Assembly (NCBI GenBank): GCA_946965045.2 | Contig: OX459761.1 | Span: 1-64,000, forward strand | Length of the DNA: 64,000 nucleotides | Origin: Epithemia pelagica | Taxonomy: Eukaryota > Protista > Bacillariophyta | Reading direction: 5' to 3' | Shown here: piece by piece, positions 59,238-64,000 of the stretch | How the letters are laid out: each line of letters opens with the position of its first letter | How positions within the stretch are numbered: position 1 is the first letter of the stretch | Made by a program: the position numbers and the translations under genes | Notes under the pieces: model-generated | What the model saw: the letters and a program-made list of their open reading frames with translations, nothing else | Told to the model about the DNA's origin: nothing | Database searches by the model: none

Positions 59238-60497
59238 GTGAAATTTAATACTGAAATTACAGATAAATTATTCAAACGTTTCGTTATAACAATCGGAATT
59301 ATATTATTTCTTCGATTAGGAACATTTCTTCCTGTCCCTCAAATTGACCTTGTTGAACTTGCCTATTATATTGAAAGTCATCCTACTACTCAAAGTATCA
59401 TTAGTACATTTTGTGGAGATAAGACGTTAATTATTGGATTATTTAGTTTAAATATTTTTCCGTACATTAATGCTTCTATTATTGTGCAAATACTAGTAGG
59501 TTTATATCCTGAATTTTCAAAACTTCAAAAAGAAGGTGATTTAGAAGGGAAAAGAAAAATTAATCGATTAACTCGCTTCATTACTTTAATTTCTGCTATT
59601 GGTCAAAGTTTAGCTGCAGCGAATTATCTTAAACAAATTTCATTTGATTGGAACCCTATTTTAACTCTAAATATAGTTCTTTGGTTAACTACTGGAGCAA
59701 TGATTATCTTATGGTTAAGTGAAATAATTACTGATTATGGATTAGGAAATGGTGCTTCTTTATTTATTTTTATAAACATCATTTCGAATTTACCTAATCT
59801 TACTAAAGCGTTACCTTTTATAAATCAAACAGCTTCACCTATTGCATATGATATTGCAATTAGTTTTTCAATTGTTGCAGCTTTATATGGGATTGTTTAC
59901 TTGCAAGAAGGGGTTCGCGTTATTCCATTAATATCTTCAAAGCAGCTTAATCAATTTTCTGCACAAGAAGGTTTACGAAGTGACAATTTTCTTCCATTAC
60001 GTTTTAATCAAGCAGGTGTAATGCCAATTATTTTAACAACTGCGGTTTTAATAGCTCCTACTTATGCAAGTAATATGGGTTTATTGCCTAGGTTACCTGA
60101 TTTTTTAATCGATAGTAAATTTTTATCAGTTTTTTATTGGGTTGGTTATTTCTCGTTAATTTTGATTTTTAGTTCATTTTATTCCTCAATTGTTTTGAAT
60201 CCAAAAGATATCTCGGATCAATTACAAAAAACGTCTGTGACAATAGCAGGCATTCGACCTGGTATTCAAACTACATTTTATTTAAAACAAGTAATGAAAC
60301 GAACTACTTTAGTTGGAGCAATTGCTCTTGCTACATTAGTAACGATTCCAAATTTTATAGAATCAAGTTTAAGCATTACTAATTTCAAAGGATTAAGTAG
60401 TACCTCTTTATTAATTCTAGCAGGTATTGTATTAGATTTAAGTCGAGAAGTAAGAAATATTTATTTCTCAAATATTTATAAGAATATGTATCAATAA
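59238..60497 (+). CDS. secY: Preprotein translocase SecY (start uncertain; GTG at 59238 chosen)
   Basis: LNIFPYINASII, GLGNGASL, AGVMPII, GIRPG. Confidence 0.93.
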   Translation: MKFNTEITDKLFKRFVITIGIILFLRLGTFLPVPQIDLVELAYYIESHPTTQSIISTFCGDKTLIIGLFSLNIFPYINASIIVQILVGLYPEFSKLQKEGDLEGKRKINRLTRFITLISAIGQSLAAANYLKQISFDWNPILTLNIVLWLTTGAMIILWLSEIITDYGLGNGASLFIFINIISNLPNLTKALPFINQTASPIAYDIAISFSIVAALYGIVYLQEGVRVIPLISSKQLNQFSAQEGLRSDNFLPLRFNQAGVMPIILTTAVLIAPTYASNMGLLPRLPDFLIDSKFLSVFYWVGYFSLILIFSSFYSSIVLNPKDISDQLQKTSVTIAGIRPGIQTTFYLKQVMKRTTLVGAIALATLVTIPNFIESSLSITNFKGLSSTSLLILAGIVLDLSREVRNIYFSNIYKNMYQ

Positions 60498-60521
60498 GAA
60501 AAAATTATTATTTAAATTCAA

Positions 60522-60635
60522 ATGAAAGTTCGTCCATCAGTAAAAAAAATGTGTGATAAATGTCGTGTAATTAAAAGACATGGAAAAATTATGGTAATTT
60601 GTCCTAATCCAAAACATAAACAACGTCAAGGATAA
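60522..60635 (+). CDS. rpl36: 50S ribosomal protein L36 (not in ORF track)
   Basis: [37 protein letters not shown]. Confidence 0.98.
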   Translation: MKVRPSVKKMCDKCRVIKRHGKIMVICPNPKHKQRQG

Positions 60636-60656
60636 TAATGCAAAGGAGTACAAAAA

Positions 60657-61028
60657 ATGGTTAGATTAGTGGGTGTTGATTTACCTAGAAATAAAAAAAT
60701 TGCATATGCTCTTACTTATATTCATGGAATTGGTCTTACTTCTGCAAAGAAAATTGTTGAACTAGCAAATATTAATTTTGATGTAAGAACTAATGATTTA
60801 ACAACAGAGCAAACCGTTGCATTACGACAAACATTAGAAGAAAGCGATTTAAAACTTGAAGGTGATTTACGAAGATTTAATGGTTTAAATATTAAACGAT
60901 TAAATGAAATTAATTGTCATAGAGGAAAACGTCATCGAAATAATTTACCAGTTCGGGGACAACGAACTAGAACAAATGCACGTTCACGCCGTGGATCTAA
61001 AAAAACTGTAACTAATAAGAAAAAATAG
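60657..61028 (+). CDS. rps13: 30S ribosomal protein S13
   Basis: LTYIHGIG, PVRGQRTRTNAR. Confidence 0.98.
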   Translation: MVRLVGVDLPRNKKIAYALTYIHGIGLTSAKKIVELANINFDVRTNDLTTEQTVALRQTLEESDLKLEGDLRRFNGLNIKRLNEINCHRGKRHRNNLPVRGQRTRTNARSRRGSKKTVTNKKK

Positions 61029-61031
61029 TAA

Positions 61032-61424
61032 ATGATACAAATAAAGAAGAAATTAAATACTAAAAAAGATAAAAATAGTTTTACTAGTGGTGTTGTTCAT
61101 ATCCAATCAACATTTAACAACACAATTGTAACGATAACCAATTTAGCTGGTGATACTGTTTCATGGGCATCCGCTGGAAGTTCTGGATTCAAAGGCGCTC
61201 GAAAAAGTACACCTTTTGCTGCACAGACTGCAGCTGAAAAAGCTGCATTAGATGCTTTAGGAACTGGTATGAAAAATGTTGAGATTTTAGTAAAAGGCCA
61301 AGGATCGGGTCGTGAAACAGCTATTCGAGCAATTGAAGGTGCTGGGTTTGACATTACTTCAATTCAAGACATTACATCAGTTCCACACAATGGCTGTCGT
61401 CCATCAAAAAGACGACGCGTTTAA
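61032..61424 (+). CDS. rps11: 30S ribosomal protein S11
   Basis: [15 protein letters not shown]. Confidence 0.98.
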   Translation: MIQIKKKLNTKKDKNSFTSGVVHIQSTFNNTIVTITNLAGDTVSWASAGSSGFKGARKSTPFAAQTAAEKAALDALGTGMKNVEILVKGQGSGRETAIRAIEGAGFDITSIQDITSVPHNGCRPSKRRRV

Positions 61425-61450
61425 AATTTTTAGTTTTAATATTTAACTAT

Positions 61451-62386
61451 ATGAATAATATTTCTATTAGATGTTTAAAGTCAGAGAAAATTGAATCTGG
61501 AGCTTGTCATGGTCAATTTTTGATAAATTCTTTAAAATCTGGACAAGGAATAACTATTGGAAATCAACTAAGACGAGTACTTCTGGGAGATTTGGGGGGT
61601 ATAGCTATATCGGCAGTTCGCATTGCGGGTGTTACTCATGAATTTTCTATAATACCAGGAGTTCGTGAAGATATTCTAGAAATTTTATTAAATTTAAAAG
61701 GTGTTGTTTTACGTAGTAAAACAAAAGACGTTCAAGTTGGTCGATTAAAAATTCAAGGTCCGACGGTTATCACAGCTGATTTAATTCAATTACCTCCAGA
61801 TATGGAAATTATTAATCCTAATCATTATATTGCTACTCTTTCTACTTCCAATATTATTGAAATTGAATTTAAATTTGAATATGGAACTGGATATAAATTA
61901 GCAACTCAAACATTTTCTGAAGAATTAAACAATTATTTACAACTTGATACGGTATTTATGCCAGTTCAGAAAGTTGATTTTAAAATAGAAAATGTTTATG
62001 AAATAGGTAACAATAGCAGTGAACGATTATTTTTAGATATTTGGACAAATGGAAGTATTTCACCAACTGAGGCTCTAGAGTCTGCTTCGAAGATTATTAT
62101 TGACTTATTCACTGCATTAACTAAAAATACAATTAAGGATGAAAATAATCAATTTGAACAACAATCTGATTCAATACTGATGGAACCATATACTAATATT
62201 GCAATTGAAGAATTGCAATTATCCGTTCGAGCATACAATTGTTTAAAAAAAGCTCAGATAAACACTGTAGGTGATTTATTACAATATTCTCCGGAAAAAT
62301 TACAAGAATTAAAAAATTTTGGACGAAAGTCTGCTGATGAAGTTTTTTCTACTTTAAAAACAAAATTAGGAATTATTCTTACTTAA
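61451..62386 (+). CDS. rpoA: RNA polymerase alpha subunit
   Basis: GITIGNQLRRVLL, LSVRAYNCLK, NFGRKS. Confidence 0.97.
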   Translation: MNNISIRCLKSEKIESGACHGQFLINSLKSGQGITIGNQLRRVLLGDLGGIAISAVRIAGVTHEFSIIPGVREDILEILLNLKGVVLRSKTKDVQVGRLKIQGPTVITADLIQLPPDMEIINPNHYIATLSTSNIIEIEFKFEYGTGYKLATQTFSEELNNYLQLDTVFMPVQKVDFKIENVYEIGNNSSERLFLDIWTNGSISPTEALESASKIIIDLFTALTKNTIKDENNQFEQQSDSILMEPYTNIAIEELQLSVRAYNCLKKAQINTVGDLLQYSPEKLQELKNFGRKSADEVFSTLKTKLGIILT

Positions 62387-62414
62387 TTAGTTCTTCATTA
62401 AACAAATAAAAACT

Positions 62415-62873
62415 ATGAATTCATTAAATAAAACATTTTTACCAACTAAAGATTCTAAGAACCAAAATTGGTTTCTTATAGATTGTAAAGAACAAAAATT
62501 AGGTCGATTAGCAACTATATTGGTTGCGTTACTGAAAGGAAAATTAAAACCGCATTATTATCCCTCAATTGATACAGGTGATTATATTATACTTTTAAAT
62601 GCGGAGTCGATTATTTTCAATCCAGAGGCAAAACAATATATTGTTTCCAATCCGGGACGTCCAGGTCATGCGTTAAAAATTAAAAATGTGTCAGACTGTC
62701 TTCCTAAATTTATTATTCAAAGAGCAGTCAAGGGAATGCTTTCAGAAACTGAAACAAAACGTCTAATGAGACGTTTACGTATTTATAATAATCAGACTCA
62801 TGATCATGAGTCTCAAAATCCAATAAAAATTGATATTGACAATTTTTATTCGCATCCAAGTTTTAGTAAATAA
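62415..62873 (+). CDS. rpl13: 50S ribosomal protein L13
   Basis: LGRLAT, DTGDY, AVKGML. Confidence 0.96.
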   Translation: MNSLNKTFLPTKDSKNQNWFLIDCKEQKLGRLATILVALLKGKLKPHYYPSIDTGDYIILLNAESIIFNPEAKQYIVSNPGRPGHALKIKNVSDCLPKFIIQRAVKGMLSETETKRLMRRLRIYNNQTHDHESQNPIKIDIDNFYSHPSFSK

Positions 62874-62918
62874 AACTTATCAAATTCAAACTTATAAAGA
62901 ATCTTAATTAGTAAATTC

Positions 62919-63335
62919 ATGAAGTCTCAAAAAGAATTAGTATTTCAAAAATCTAATATCGGGCTTGGAAAACGAAAACAAGCTATTGCACGAGTGTTTT
63001 TAATGCCAGGAGAAGGAAACCTTATTATTAATAAGGTTAACGGTGAAAAATATTTACAGTATAATGATACTTATTTAAAAACAGTTTTTGCACCTTTAGA
63101 AAAATTAACCTTAGAAAAACAATTTGATATTATAGCAATTGTTAATGGAGGTGGGCTTACTGGACAAGCCCAAGCAATTCAATTAGGAATAGCAAGACTA
63201 CTATGTAATATGGATTCAAAAAATCGTATAATTTTAAAACCATTTGGTTTTTTAACTCGTGATGCACGAATTAAAGAAAGAAAAAAATATGGTTTACGAA
63301 AAGCAAGAAAGGCTCCACAATATTCAAAACGTTAA
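62919..63335 (+). CDS. rps9: 30S ribosomal protein S9
   Basis: GGGLTGQA, ERKKYGLRKARKAPQYSKR. Confidence 0.98.
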   Translation: MKSQKELVFQKSNIGLGKRKQAIARVFLMPGEGNLIINKVNGEKYLQYNDTYLKTVFAPLEKLTLEKQFDIIAIVNGGGLTGQAQAIQLGIARLLCNMDSKNRIILKPFGFLTRDARIKERKKYGLRKARKAPQYSKR

Positions 63336-63360
63336 ATTTTCAAATTATTTATTATATAAT

Positions 63361-63579
63361 ATGCCGAAATCTGATATACATCCACAATGGTTTAAAGCTA
63401 CACCAGTTTTATGTGATGGAAAACCGCTTTGTTCAACTGGTTCCACAAAATCTGAATTAAATTTAGATATTTGGTTAGCAAATCATCCATTTTATACTAA
63501 ATCACAAGTTATGATTGACAGTGAAGGTCGAGTTGAAAAATTCATGAAAAAATATCGATTAGATATGCCTGAACAATAA
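63361..63579 (+). CDS. rpl31: 50S ribosomal protein L31
   Basis: Start moved to MPKSDIHP; NHPFYT, GRVEKF. Confidence 0.96.
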   Translation: MPKSDIHPQWFKATPVLCDGKPLCSTGSTKSELNLDIWLANHPFYTKSQVMIDSEGRVEKFMKKYRLDMPEQ

Positions 63580-63638
63580 TTTACTAGAAGTAAATTTGTT
63601 AAATTATATTAAAGAGAACTTATTAATCAATACTTTTT

Positions 63639-64000
63639 ATGCCAACTATTCAACAATTAGTTCGTTCACAACGTATACAAATAAAAAAAAAAACAAAATC
63701 ACCAGCATTAGTAAATTGTCCACAAAGGCGTGGGGTTTGCACACGTGTTTATACAACCACTCCAAAAAAACCAAATTCAGCAATTAGAAAAGTAGCCCGG
63801 GTACGATTAACTTCTGGTTTTGAAGTTACAGCTTATATTCCTGGAATTGGACATAATTTGCAAGAACATTCAGTAGTGTTAATTCGAGGAGGTCGAGTGA
63901 AAGATTTACCTGGTGTTCGATATCATATTGTTCGTGGTGCTTTAGATACTGGGGGAGTAAAAGATAGAACACAAGGTCGTTCAAAATATGGTGTTAAGAA
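63639..64000 (+). CDS. rps12: 30S ribosomal protein S12, runs off the window end
   Basis: MPTIQQLVR...[12 protein letters not shown]...[10 protein letters not shown]; no stop before 64000. Confidence 0.98.
   Translation, partial: MPTIQQLVRSQRIQIKKKTKSPALVNCPQRRGVCTRVYTTTPKKPNSAIRKVARVRLTSGFEVTAYIPGIGHNLQEHSVVLIRGGRVKDLPGVRYHIVRGALDTGGVKDRTQGRSKYGVK

Overview
64 kb of an AT-rich red-lineage plastid genome from a diatom, probably a pennate. Evidence: form ID rbcL-rbcS, sufBC, atpI-H-G-F-D-A, ycf45/46/88/89/35, rbcR, secA/secY, thiG/thiS, syfB, clpC, groEL/dnaK, one rrn operon and the large ribosomal-protein cluster, which runs off the right end inside rps12. Most of the window is ordinary plastome. 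Three places are not. (1) 40494-43529, between trnH and thiS, looks like a ~3.0-kb circular plasmid integrated by a single crossover. It is bounded by an exact 14-bp direct repeat (ACTAATAATACATT) that cuts a Rep_trans-like initiator gene in frame. It also carries a serine resolvase, a 5'-deleted colicin-D-like tRNase fragment and an intact ImmD-like immunity ORF, i.e. a putative toxin-immunity plasmid of the chloroplast. (2) 21.5-22.3 kb, after the 5S rRNA, holds two decayed, oppositely oriented paralogs of a Cys-rich ORF; one is broken only by an 8-bp tandem duplication. (3) A 47-codon psaB 3' fragment is fused to the ftsH stop codon, probably an inverted-repeat junction. Family assignments of the accessory ORFs are by-eye motif alignments to sequences recalled from memory, not database searches.
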